A DNA stretch of 64,000 nucleotides from Macrostomum lignano (GCA_002269645.1 NIVC01000273.1:186001-250000); one strand, 5' to 3'. Shown: positions 32,207-46,662, counted from the stretch's first letter. Notes: generated by a model not told the origin, from the letters alone. Numbers and translations are program-made.

Positions 32207-32796
32207 TTGAACTATTTGTTGACTCGGAATCCACTGAACGAACCTACCAATCGTCTGAATTTAAATAATCTTCAAGTTGAAATATTAACTCACCCTCTTG
32301 TTCTAGATCATACAAACCATCCAATTTTTCGAGGTAGATTGGAGAAAGTGGACAAGAAAAAGGCACAAATAGCAGAAGCTGCTAAAATACTGCGGGATTC
32401 GATTGAACATCAAGAGCCATTAGAGATTAATGAATTTATGGACGGAGAGTATGAATTTCAGGATGCAATTACACAACTTAATTCCATTGATGAAATGATA
32501 AACGAGCTACAGTGCGGGGGCTGCAGTATGGAATTAAGTCTGGTCAGATAATAATAAGAATGAAGCTTTCATTGAGTGACAAGGAGTATAAGGTATTTTT
32601 GTCTAAGCTACGGTTTAAGTCCACGTGGGGGAACTATTTAGTCCAAGTGGCTCGTCTAAGCACAGCACATCCAATTCTGCGGCGTTGTGGCATCTCACTG
32701 TTTCGCCTACGTTCTATAATCAAGTACGCTGAGAAAGCCCTGGAGATGCCGGAGGAAGAGCAGGAAGATGCACTTCTGATATCATCTATTGCTTGA
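32207..32796 (+). pseudogene. Hypothetical protein, frameshifted at the G5 run near 32516; paralog of 51255..51855
   Basis: LQYGIKSGQIIIRMK..FKSTWGNYL..HPILRRCGI aligns with NGLQLGRIFLRME..FTSQWTYFL..YPVLRRSAM. Confidence 0.6.
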
Positions 32797-33142
32797 TCTG
32801 ACGAAAATCTTAATTTACTTATTGTGCGCGTTGTGAACCATAACATCTGACTCTCATTATGCTGACTATTCTTCTTCACATCGAATACTGCAGTATCTGC
32901 CTCTCTATACTTATATTTATTTTACATCAAATACTGCAGTATCTGGTTCTTTTTTCTCGTTGCTTTTTCACATCGAATACTGGAGTATCTGGCTCTTTTT
33001 GTGCCTATTGTAATTTCGCTCATACATTTCTAATTACTTAATCCTGTGGATGCCACAATAAATTTACAATGACAATAACGTAATTACATAATTTTCTTGC
33101 AAAAATTATTTTATAAAAAAATAAACAACTCAGAGCGTTGAG

Positions 33143-33427
33143 AGTAGTATGCAAAACAATGCTTCTAGACCCAGAGGCACCTATTAAACAGCACATTTGA
33201 AGGGCTAGAGGGGGGACACGGGGGGAAATCAAAAAAAGACTTTTAAATACTAAACAGCACAATTAAACACAATTAAACATCCCCAATAACCCATTTAATC
33301 AAAAACACTATTAACACACCCAATCAAATCCACACATCAGAAATCAAACCCCCATGTCCCCCCTCTAGCCCTTCAAATCCATTGTTTCAATAGGATCTGA
33401 TCTAGAAGCGTTGTTTTGCATACTACT
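33143..33427. mobile_element. About 285-bp miniature element with ~80-bp imperfect TIR starting AGTAGTATGC
   Basis: agtagtatgcaaaacaatgcttctaga..gaagggctagagggggaca vs tgtccccctctagcccttc..tctagaagcgttgttttgcatactact. No clear TSD. Confidence 0.8.
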
Positions 33428-34441
33428 ACATTCAAACACACACTAACACTCACAAACACACCGCCAGCGCCGCAGGCGCAAAGGGTCTTTTTCTGTTACT
33501 AAAAATGAACCGAGTTTACACCTTTTCTATTAGTGATACTTTTGAGACTGTTGCTAAAAATTCAGAGATTATAAAACACCATATTTTGAATGGAATAATT
33601 GATGAAGTTTATTTAAAATACGATGACAAAACAGAACTAAAACTTTATCCACTTGAGTTGGATGGTTATCCACTTGAGTCAGAAGAAAACTTCTCCCTAT
33701 TAAATTGTCCAGCAACCTTGTTATATTCTCCTATCCATTTTTTACAATGTTTTAAATCCCCACTACAAAAAACTCCTTGATAAGACTATCGAGATCGGAT
33801 TCGAATGATGCGATTGCTGCTTCGATACAGGATTCTAAAATGTAGGGCATTATAACTATTTAGTATCAAATCAACATAAATAAAAAACGTATTTCTAACC
33901 TAATCTTACCTTTCAAAACTAAAACGGGTCTTTATCAACACACCTAAGCGACTTCTTACATGCGCACTGAGTCATGAAAATAGAAAAAAGGCGACAATGG
34001 CCGCTGCTTTAGAGTTGGGGTATAAGAGGTGCTCAATTCCTGCTGCAGCATGCTGAAATTCAAAACCGAATGATAAATGAACAATAAATTCTTATTGAGT
34101 CAACTGGTAACCACTTGCATTCTATACCAACTCTACGATCCATACTCCGTTCCTGCCGGACCATAAGTGCTACATTTCCGAGAAAAGACCTTGCCCCAAA
34201 CGCTAGGGCGCACACAGCGAAATGTGCACCCCCCGCCCCGCCACATTAATCGATTAAAATCCAATTCTCATCAACCAGCCGCACACAACTTTTACCCCCC
34301 ACCCCCACCCCTCGCCACGACTTGAGGGTTTGAACAGATACAAACTCCTAGACGCAGGCGCTAAAAACGGCGTCAAGTCGGATTCTCGAGTGAATAGTCT
34401 GGCAAGTTTATTAGTTCACAGAGTCTCGTATAACCATCTTA

Positions 34442-34822
34442 ATGGCGAACCGACTACAAAAAATAGTGGCTGTGTTTATTAAACAGGCCCAAGCCGCCCA
34501 AAACAACGCGGAAACTACCCGACAACTTTCGGCAGTTGTCAGACAATTATCCGAGAATTCCCATTACTCCCAAGAAGAGCTCCGAAATCGTATAGCCGTC
34601 CAGGCATACAATAATACCCAAATGTTTATCGCAATCGGAGAAAGCGTCAACAAACTAATCAACCTAGCAAGTGCGCAACTGGTGGCCCTGAAGGTCGTTT
34701 TTCTAATTATTTTTCTGTTCCTGGTGCTCGCTTTGCTTCACCACTGCTACAAACGCATCCGCTCTCCCGAGTCCCGCCGTCCGAATGTCTTCCGTAGCCA
34801 AGAGTATTCTCAAGCCACTTAG
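34442..34822 (+). CDS. Hypothetical coiled-coil protein with a C-terminal transmembrane helix
   Basis: ATG in good context; LVALKVVFLIIFLFLVLALL hydrophobic stretch followed by a basic tail. Confidence 0.5.
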   Translation: MANRLQKIVAVFIKQAQAAQNNAETTRQLSAVVRQLSENSHYSQEELRNRIAVQAYNNTQMFIAIGESVNKLINLASAQLVALKVVFLIIFLFLVLALLHHCYKRIRSPESRRPNVFRSQEYSQAT

Positions 34823-37800
34823 ACGTAAGTAAATTCTAATCATTATCCGAAACATGGCCCCAACTACCGAAGCATCCCGCTCTTATTTGCAGAGTCAGCA
34901 CCGAAACACCTTCACCCGGACCGAACCCAAACCGCCGTGCTGCCCCAACATGGACCTCAACACCACACTCACCGTCCATGCCGACCTTTCCACTGTCGTC
35001 CACGGCCGTTTTAATCGACTGAATCCACCATTAAGTGTACTCGCCTACCTGCTAATAAACATTATTATGCTGTATTGTTAAACTTCTCGAAACGTCTACA
35101 ATTTTAGGACCAGGATAGTATTTTTCATTTCTACGTAGTACAGATTAGAACCAGGGGACCGTCACTAGGCTTCAATATTTTACCCATAGAACTCAAAACC
35201 TCGATACCAACCACTCATATTCGTACTTATACTTTTTCGCATATTTTCTGTTACTTTTCATCCGTCTCCGCGGCATCTACACATATGCATATCTTCCACT
35301 TTTGTTTACCTTATCCGCCCTCTCGATTGAGCGCCGGCTTTAGTAGCTACTTCAACCAACATCGAATCCGTGCATTTTAGCACTACAAGTTTTAATACAT
35401 TCATTGTCAAACCGGTATATTTTTGTATTAAAAGTTTTTAACAAGTAAATAAAAGATGACACAACAAGACAGAGACACCCCGCTGGCAAGCCCTTACATC
35501 GAACGATGGCCTTGGATCTACGCCACACTGTATTTACATGTACGATACTGCACACAGAGCGAATCCAAAAGAATAAATATACACATATGTTCAAGCCTTC
35601 ACTAAATAAAAGTCGCATACGAGATATTTACAAATACAATTCCCCTACAGTCCACATAAAACAAGCCGACGGCGGCGACGGAGCCAACCCACACGCCGAG
35701 TCCCGAATGCCTACGACAGGTCCGCATCCTGAAACCAAGGAAGATGACATACATTTACCAGGTCAATTTACTAAGCTGCAATCAATATAAAATTCACTAA
35801 CCGTACCACCATCAGGGAATCAACTTCCGGATGGCGGCTTCGGAATCTAAAATTTGATTGTATAAATAACTCTTTGTTGTAACACAAACTCTACCACCAT
35901 AGACTTGCATATTTCACCCTAAACCACTACCAGCCTGTCCCCCAACCCGATATGACTGTGTACACCCTACAAAGAAGAGCATGTTCTTCTACGTAACACC
36001 AACCGTGGAAGGTTGCGGCGGTCCAGGAGTCCGCCCCCGTCCGAACACGAAATTTGTCTGCAATAAAAAAAAAAGATTTCAACTGTTTTACACCCTCAAG
36101 TTTTAATCAATGCCAAGCAGTCTTGAATGCGTGGCAGCATAAAGTAGAACTGGTTCATGCATTAACGGACCCGTCTCACACTAAATAACATGAACTCAAC
36201 TACCATAAAACCTCGTAACTCCATCTTAAACCGGCACGTGAAGAGCACCTCCCAAATCTAGCTACTTATGTACATCCCGCCAAAATAAAGAGCATGGTTT
36301 TCGATGTATCACTAACCGGGACACATGGCTGCGGTGGTCCGGGAGCTCGCCCTTCTCCGATCGCGCAATTCGCCTAAAATGTCAAATAAGATTCCAGCCT
36401 TTATATCTTCAATGTTTAATCAATGCCAAGCGACTACTGACCATTGTAAGCTGTGTTGGGCTGGACGAAACACACGCAGCCTGGAATATGCAACAGCAGA
36501 AAATAGAACTGGGCTACAATATTGAACTGGGATCACATTCAATTAAAATACAATATCCATACCTCGTTTCGAGTCCCACGACCACGTCCGCGAATCTACG
36601 ATTCAAGAATAAAAAACAGACAAAAAAAATATTTTCATACGGACGAGTGAATTATACCCACACCAAAAAGCTCATCTCCACTCACCATGGCTAAAAACTC
36701 CTAAAATGAGAATGGAAATTCTTTACTTATTAATGCAATATGTGATAAGAAAAGCATACGAATATTGTCTCGTACCTCCCTTCCCTGAGCCACCATCTCC
36801 GGCACCACTTCATGCATTCGCGCAAAAACTGTCGTCGCCCACTGGTGCTGCAAAAGTACTCGGTCACTCGTGCATAGTTGCTAAAAAAGACAAAATGAAC
36901 TCGTCAAGTACAAGATCAGGCACTACTAACTAAAAAACAATCTTACATCGTAACCCGCTTCACGATAGCGAACTTCGGGTCACTCCTCACATAGCTCCTC
37001 CAAAGCTGCCGTCCTTGCGTTGAAGTAATCCTACCAGTAGATGAAGGTATAGTAAGTTATACTACCACAAAGCAATCGAACTCAGAATGCATATTACATA
37101 CCTCTGTCCGTGGTGGGAACGTATTCCTCCCTATAGTAATTTCCCCGTCATAGGGATCCTCGCGGCCCCGCACACTAGGCGGAACTACCGCGACCGGACG
37201 GAGGTCTCGCCGACCGTCTACTGAAGTCGGTATATGATGCCCTGTCAAAATAAGGTGCAATACAAGAGGAGTGGCAGCCATAAAAACTATACTTACCAGA
37301 CGGTCTACTTAAGGGCGACACTCGTCGGAGTCGATCGCTACCGTAGTCCACGAAAGCGAATTTACCTTCCAACTCTTCAAAGTACCCCTCCTGCGCCTTC
37401 CAATACTCTTCCGGCGATCCGTCCTGAGCCTCGGCCATTGTCAATCGCAATCTATCGTTCGAACAGTTCCAAGTCTCCTCTCTAACTCAATGACCTAGAT
37501 CTCCCCTTCATATGAAACTCAATCCACGCGGGGATTGCACAATTTCCGTTATCGGCATATAGCATATAGCATATAGCATAAATTCCAACAATATTGAAAA
37601 GAATGACAAGGACACCGAACGAGTGAAGAGTTTAAGAGTGGTGATCAGTCACTCAAAAACTCCCACTTCTAGACACTGGGGAACAAGTGCCTAGGTATTT
37701 GCAAATTCAAATAACTCTTACTGGAGCGGATCCTCTCGTAGTTGCAGACGTCTGGGTCTTGTGGTGTTTAGTGCTGTCTGGCTTGGTTGAGCGGTAGTGG

Positions 37801-38134
37801 GGGCCGGTTTCGGTGAACGACTGTGATCTTCTGGAGTACTTGACTCCTATCTGTGGGTCGACCAAAACGAGAGCGAATCAGAATTCTTGACGGTCCTCGA
37901 GCTCGGAATTACCAATAACACGTGCGCCCTAATGAACAATTGAACATTTAATTCTCTAGGTTTCTGTAATAGGTCTTCATCGTTACGTCCGAAACGTAAC
38001 GGATAACTGAATTCATATCAATAATCCTCTAGGAATATTTCCTAGGAAACAAAGGAAGCCTTTCTCAAATTTATCGACAACGAACTGCTATCTTATTACT
38101 CAATTAATCCACTTATTAACGCCCCTATGAAAAA

Positions 38135-38893
38135 TTGGCCCGAATTTTCACCCTTCTCTTCACCCGAAATCGTCAGCACTTTGTGGCTCTCGCTAGACAA
38201 GTCGAAAGAGGCATCGCTATCAAACTAAAGCAAATGGGCGATCCGATGCCGCTGCTTCGCATCTCCCGCGCCACCGAGGAAGGCGACCTGGACTTTGCCC
38301 AGTGGATTGCCATAAAACCTACTCTACCATGTTTCACCTTTCGAGCACTGCCTAATCTACACCCGCGTAAAGTTGACACAAGCGAGCTGAGGGGACTTAG
38401 CGGTCTTTTCCATCTCTCCGTTCAGCTCACAAGTCTTTATCGTCAGAAGGAAAGCAAGACATGGCGCCTCGGCCTCGCCCTTCGCTCGCTGACACTGGTC
38501 GACGACGACCCGAAACACCTGCCGATGCTAGCCCAAGCTTTGCGGTTTCGCATCCCAACTACGTCGACTCCAATCGCCGCCACCGCCGCAACTGAGGAAG
38601 AAGAGTCAACAACTACGACGACGCTAGTGCAACCAGTTAGCGGACGAAAACGACGACAAGGCCCAACTCGTCGCAGCCCCGCCAAACGCCCCACCAAGAC
38701 GACTGGAGCAGCAGCAGCAGCAGCTGAGGACTGGATCACGGCGACTCCCGTCAAAGATCTTGTAAGCGGTGTTACCAATACTGTCCCCAAAGCGAGTAAA
38801 GCTGCAGCCTCCAACCCAGCGCTAGGGGACGTGGACTCGGGGGCCTCGACGGAGCCCATGGACAGCGAAGATGATGAAGTCTCCGCACAGTGA
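38135..38893 (+). CDS. Hypothetical protein with NLS-like basic patch and disordered C-terminus
   Basis: 252-codon ORF with GRKRRQGPTRRSPAKRP; AATAAA at 38902-38907 just after the stop. Start codon uncertain. Confidence 0.55.
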   Translation: MARIFTLLFTRNRQHFVALARQVERGIAIKLKQMGDPMPLLRISRATEEGDLDFAQWIAIKPTLPCFTFRALPNLHPRKVDTSELRGLSGLFHLSVQLTSLYRQKESKTWRLGLALRSLTLVDDDPKHLPMLAQALRFRIPTTSTPIAATAATEEEESTTTTTLVQPVSGRKRRQGPTRRSPAKRPTKTTGAAAAAAEDWITATPVKDLVSGVTNTVPKASKAAASNPALGDVDSGASTEPMDSEDDEVSAQ

Positions 38894-39120
38894 GGGTCTA
38901 CAATAAAGCTTTTTTCTTTGAAGTCTAGGTTTTTCATGGTAGTATCATAGGCTTCATAGCAGAACTAAGGCAACTGGCAAACCGTTGGCGTTCACTTGGT
39001 GGCGGGAAGCTATACCTATAACTCTAACTACCATTCTCCGTAAACGGAAACGCATCACCCAGAAATATATAAAAATCTTAACCGTTATACTAAATTTTTT
39101 CTGGTATTTATTCTTTTCAG

Positions 39121-40500
39121 AGATGGGTCCTACTAATAGTGCAAGCCAGAACGAGTACCCCTCCGGGAGAAAAGTTAGATTTAAAAAGGCTAAAAAACGT
39201 CTAGGCCAGGCGGGAATCCCTCCAAATTATACACCGCCAAGCCAAGTATGCTTCGTATCGGACTGCCCCAATTTTCATGTCAGTTCTACCCCGGAGGACT
39301 ACTCACGCTTTATGGCTGTAGATCCCGAGTCCAACTTATACGTGCCCTGAATTTCATACACCTTAAAGTAATTAAACTAATCAAAACATCGATTCGTATA
39401 ATCAGCTCTACAACCGTTGGTCTGCTCCACTATCCTGGACTCAAATTTTCGACCCTGAAAAACTTTATCGGGCCTTTTCACACAGCTCGGCTGTATTACG
39501 ACGCAGAGATATTCCCACAAGCTATCACCCTCCGTAGTACTGTTCCACTCAATAGGACGGTGTGCAATATTTTTCATTCCCTTAAGATCGTTATAATGGG
39601 TGCAAAGACTACTAGCCAGATTTTAGAAATGATCAACATTGTTAAACAATTGTGTCAGGAAGCCGCTCCGAAACCAGAATTTGTTCCGATTCTAGCCAAT
39701 ATGACGAGCCAGTCTCGCATTTTTCTCCTGGAGGGCGTAATCGGTGCCGGGAAGTCGACGTTGCTTCGAAAACTGGCTCTCACCTCCCGCCTCGAGGGTT
39801 GGGCTGACAAAGCCGTCTTCGGTCCCGAGCCTGTTCACCAGTACGCGCGATACCCGCTCCTCCCGGACTCGGTAAATCTGCTTCAGTCATTCTATCGAGG
39901 CGAGCTTCCGGCCGTCGCATTCCAACAGCACGTCTCCCACGACTTGTTCGACAGAGACAGCAAAGTAAGTGGTACTATAATATCTAGAAATTCCTTTCGT
40001 ATAGCTCCTACTACATGTACAACCAATGTCGAAAGACAACACGGTATAGGTACTTTTGCCAACCTTTTGTTATCACCCAGGTCCGGAATGAGGTTAACCA
40101 ACAACCCAACAACAAGGTGGTTATCCTCGACCGCTGCCTCGGGTCGGCTCGAGCATTCCAAGACGTACTACACCGTCAAGGCTCGCTGTCTGACGCCGAA
40201 TGGGTGATTGCTCAGCGCCAACTAGCCGTCCTCGAAGCGACTGAGGTACCCTTTACCGGCGCGAACATGACTCTTATTTACCTGCGCATTGACCCGGAGT
40301 TGGCCATTCAACGCATCGCCCAGCGCGGACGCAGCGGTGAGGAGACTGGCATCTCCCTGGACTATCTACGATCGCTAGACGAGGCGTTTACACGCCACTA
40401 CCAGGACTACTCGAACGTACACGAAATTCTAATCAGATCGGATACATCTACGACCGATCTAGCCCATCTTGTTGGCGGCACCATTCGTCGTGAGCTCTGA
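39121..40500 (+). CDS. TBP-like (two repeats) / deoxynucleoside kinase fusion, spliced; 1-nt frameshift in the A6 run at 39192-39197
   Basis: KLDLK, then LYTAKPSMLRIGLPQFSCQFYPGGLLTLYGCRS, then YDAEIFPQ..IFHSLKIVIMGAK (TBP pattern). Followed by LEGVIGAGKST, EPV, FQ, DR and IYLR..QRIAQRGR..E (dNK). The intron 39965-40080 joins RDSK to VRNEV. Confidence 0.75.
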
Positions 40501-40889
40501 CATGCACTTGATATTAACAACAACGATTTTCTGCTGTAGTAATAAACACCTAAATTCAATCGAGTCCCTACCAAGTTGAAAAAAACACCACCTACCACTA
40601 CTACCTGAAGGTAAAATTCCCATGCGTACCCAACGATTTTTTGTTTATCATGATGATCCATTCAAACTGCTGCAGATCCCTAAAGACACTACCATTGACT
40701 AAGTTATACGATCCTATTCTTTCAACCACCATCGACGACCTACTACTTACCAGCCTGCTGTTCATTCCTAAATATTCAAATTGTCTACATAATTGTATCT
40801 CTGCAAAGTAAAATACAGTTTAAACACGCGGCGGAGGACATTTTCAGACTGTCCCACCAAACTTAAGGCTGTGCATTCCTTCCTTATTT

Positions 40890-43317
40890 TTGCCACCGAG
40901 CAAACTATTTAGGCGATTATCACAACCACCCCATCGCCAACAATCGCCAACAACATTCCAGCCGCCGTCGACGAAACAAATCAGATGCCCCGTGTGCCGT
41001 CAGAGATTCAACAGTCAAGCCGCCCTCCATGGGCACTCGCACAATGGCTCGTGCTATCAACCAGACCAACTTTTACTTCGAGAACTAGTGCGTCGGCTTA
41101 TCGAAGAGGACACTCCACCAGGCTGGTCGGTACAACATACCGAGTCCGCACACCGAGGTCGGGCGAATTTTCTGACGTTCACGCCACTGCTGGACGAGGA
41201 AGATGACGAGACCGAACCACCCAGCGAGTTACTTCCAAAACTGCAAGTTCCACTTTTCCGTCTTTTTAACTCTCTCGGATCTGCGGACTGTTTACTCCGT
41301 ACATGTATACATCTTAATGTAAAAATGTATCGTACTCGTTATCCCCCCGCCAATGACACTGCTGCTGGTGAATCCCCCCACAACGAAGAGGTAGAAGTAA
41401 TCGCGCCCTTCTTCAATTCCAAAGTCGTTATGGCCTCCTTTGATGCGAATGCTCCAGCCGCCGGCCGCTGTGTACTTCTTCTCTCTGAGGACGTTTTCAA
41501 CCAATGGTACAGCGAGGCAACAAACGATCTGGTAGCTAAATTAGACAACTTTCAGTCCCGAGGTAGCAACTGGAAGTTCCTCACCGTTGTCAAGGTCGAC
41601 GTTATGCTGTGCATATTCCGCCGAAAATATTTACTACTACAGTCGAGCAGCAGCAGTCGTCGGCAGCAGCAGCAGGACGTGTGGGGAGCGGGGCGGTGGT
41701 GGGGGCGGCGGGCGTGGCGGCGGCGGCGGCGGGCGCACAGGCGGGCGGCGGTCCAACAGAATCCGCTCCGATCCGTTCCGTTCCATTCCGCGTTCCACTG
41801 GCTGTTGGTCGTATGCCGGGAGCGGTTTTGTTTCTACGCCCGCACCGAGCAGATCAGTATGATTGTTTTATGTATGCTGTCGTGTCGAGCGTCTTTTCCT
41901 CACAGGTCGAAGGGCAAGCCCGTAAAAGGCGAAAGGCGTCTTACAGGCCTTGGCTGAAAAGCTTTCGATTTACGCGCGCCGGAGTGACTCGTCACTCAAT
42001 TGGGAGCTACAGAAAGTTTTGCCGGCTGAACCCTCGAATTAGACTGATGTGGCCTTTGTGTGGCCTTTCGTTTGGTTGTCGATCCGGATTTGGATAGTGT
42101 AACGAGGGAGGATATGTTGCGCAGATACAATACTCCCTGCAAGTTGTTTTATTCTACGCCTGGTACAACAGATTGTATTGGCAGGTTTCTCTTGGCTCTG
42201 TGCGAGCTTGCATTCGAAGTAACTAATGCGACTAGCAAGATGACTTATAGACCAATGCTTAGAAAGTATCTAGGTCAGCGTCCTAGCGCAGATCGATGCT
42301 ACGTCTGTCTCGCGAGTTTTCCGCTGACGAGTCTCAAGTCTGGGATCATTGTCATTTGAGTGGTCTTCCACGTGGAATGGCCTGCATGTCGTGCAATCGA
42401 AAACTTGCCCTGCAGCGCTATCGAATTATCGTCTACCTGCACAATCTTCGAGGATATGACGGTAAAATAATTGTTCGTGAGGTGTACAATGTGTTTGGTG
42501 GAGAAGACGACGTTCAACTGCACGTTCTGCCCGAGTCGAGGGAACGGTTTAAGACGTTTTCATTAAAGTTCAAGGTACCGCTGGCTGGCAGTCAACGGCC
42601 GCAGCAACAAAAGCAGAACAAGAAGAATTTTGTTTGGTTTGAAATCTGCTTCAAGGACACGTTTGCGTACTTGTCGACAAGTCTAGCTAGTCTGGCTTAC
42701 CGTTTGACGCAGGAACAGTTGGTACACTGTCGGGATTTGCTGAATTTTTATCCTAAACTCCAACTGTCTACTCTGCAGCAGAAGGGAGTGTTTCCGTATT
42801 GTTACTTGGACTCTGAAGAAAAGTTGGACAGTGTGACTGAACTGCCATCGCGAGATTTGTTTTACGACGCAATGACCCGGCAAGAGTGTTCTAAGGAGGA
42901 GTACACACGCGCTCAGCAGAGTTGGCAAGAGTTTGATTGTGCCAATTTGCGTGACTATCTGACTGCGTATTTACTGTTGGATGTACTACTGTTATGCGAC
43001 GTATTTGAGAGTTTTCGTCGGACTGCAATTCGAGAATACGGTTTGGATGTGTGTCATTTTCTCTGATCGCCAATGTATGGTCTGGTTGCGTGTCTGTTGA
43101 AGGTGAAGAAGCCGATCGAGTTGTTTACAGACGCTCGTATGTACTCCGAGGTTGAAGCTTCGATTCGAGGTGGGTTCAGTTTCGGCACTCGCCATCTTAC
43201 TACGGCAAATAATCCATTGGTAGAAGAATGCCGTCGGCAGCTGGATGACGACGACGACGATTTAAGAGAACTACGGCGGAATGCACCGTATGGCACTCAC
43301 TTGGCCTACCTTGATGC
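40890..43317 (+). pseudogene. polB: Protein-primed PolB of lineage C (Maverick type), fragmented and truncated at motif A
   Basis: C2H2 CPVC..H..H; FQSRGSNW; CFMYAV; DHCHLSG..RGMAC..CN; Exo II HNLRGYD; KGVFPY; Exo III YLLLDV; SIRGG; ends YLDA. Several frameshifts, including a 10-bp tgtggccttt duplication near 42047. Confidence 0.85.
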
Positions 43318-43528
43318 TACGAGGGGTGTCCCAAAAGTTCCCGGAATGTCTAACGTAGCTCTTCAACGAAGCCATGATGTTTCACGCCCTTGGTGTCAAA
43401 TGAAAGGAAGTTTTGTCACGAAGAAAATGAAGTTAAAAGCATGTTGATATCTGTTTTTATTCAGGAGCTGCACATGGGATTACGCGAGGAGGGCCAATTG
43501 AGTTCGAGATTGTACCGGCTGGAGATTT
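43318..43528 (+). mobile_element. Possible Tc1/mariner-type transposon end truncating polB
   Basis: TA-CGAGGGGTGTCCCAAAAGT occurs exactly at the polB break. No matching second TIR was found. Confidence 0.4.
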
Positions 43529-44669
43529 GTATGTCGACTTACAAGAAGTATGTCGACTTACAAGAAGTCTAACTGTTGGAATCCGAGTAGTAGACGAGAG
43601 TGGAGGGGCTGTGGATGCTGCGAAAAACTATGTCTGTCTGAATAACATGGTGGTGAGTACGCTGTTCGAAGACGTGCAATTGCGGATTGGAGATACGGTC
43701 GTTGAAGGCGGGAGCTTCATGTATCCGTACAAGGCCATGCTTTTGACGCTTTTGGAGTATGGTCGGCTGGGACAAGACGGCGGGTTGGCTGCCTGGGGAT
43801 TTTACAAGGACACTGCTGGAAAAATGAATGCCACCGGCGTCGCGAACGTTGGGCGAGTGAAGCGACAGGCACTAATTGCGGGTGGGAGAACTTGTACGGT
43901 TTCATGGCCTTTGTTTTTGGATCTATTTCGTCAGCCACGGTATTTGTTGTCAAAGACGCCTTTGCGGATAAAGTTACTACCGGCAAAGAGCAAATTCGTG
44001 TTAAGTGCCGCACAGATTGGAGGCAGTGTTAAAGGATAACGAGGTTGAGATTCAGAGTGCGGAGCTCCGTTTGCGGTATGTTCAGCCATCTGCCAGTGTG
44101 ATTGGAGCCCATGCACATGGTTTGAAGACCTATAATGCCTTGTATCCTCATCGCAGTTTATCATTGGGTACGTTCACAATACTGCAAGGGTCGTTAAGCC
44201 ATACGCACGAAAATCTGTTTCCGACGCTGGTGGTAGTCGTTGAAAATACTGCATTTAATGGAAGTCTGGCGACAAATCCGTTCAATTTCGTGCATGCGAA
44301 TTTGATCAGCGTTGGAGTTTACGTAAATGGTGAGGCGGTACCGACGCGGCCTAGTCAATTCGACTTCACAGGGGATTGTGCAAAGGAGTATACAACTCTG
44401 CGTCAACAACTGGGTTTGTATTTCCAAGGACGGGATTTGGGGTTCTCGATGGCGGACTACAACGGAGGGTATACGATACTCGCGTATTCGTTAGGATCTG
44501 ACGGGGGAGTTGCGCCGGCGGTACAATTGTATAAGGAAAAGAATGTCCGACTGGAGATGCGTTTTGGAACGGCTACAGCGGAGGTCTATGACGTTATTTT
44601 CGGTGGTGTTTTCGACAAGCAGCTACAGATTACCGAACTGTGGGACGTTGTCCCAGAAACCGCTTGGAA

Positions 44670-44673
<4 letters not shown>
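43527..44673 (+). pseudogene. Maverick/Polinton PY-type major capsid protein, 5' truncated, frameshift near 44025
   Basis: LNN...TLFEDV, YPYKAML..LL.Y, GFYKDTAG, DLFRQPRYLL, NGSLATNPFNF, VNGEAVP, YNGGYTILAYSL. Confidence 0.85.
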
Positions 44674-46662
<1,989 letters not shown>

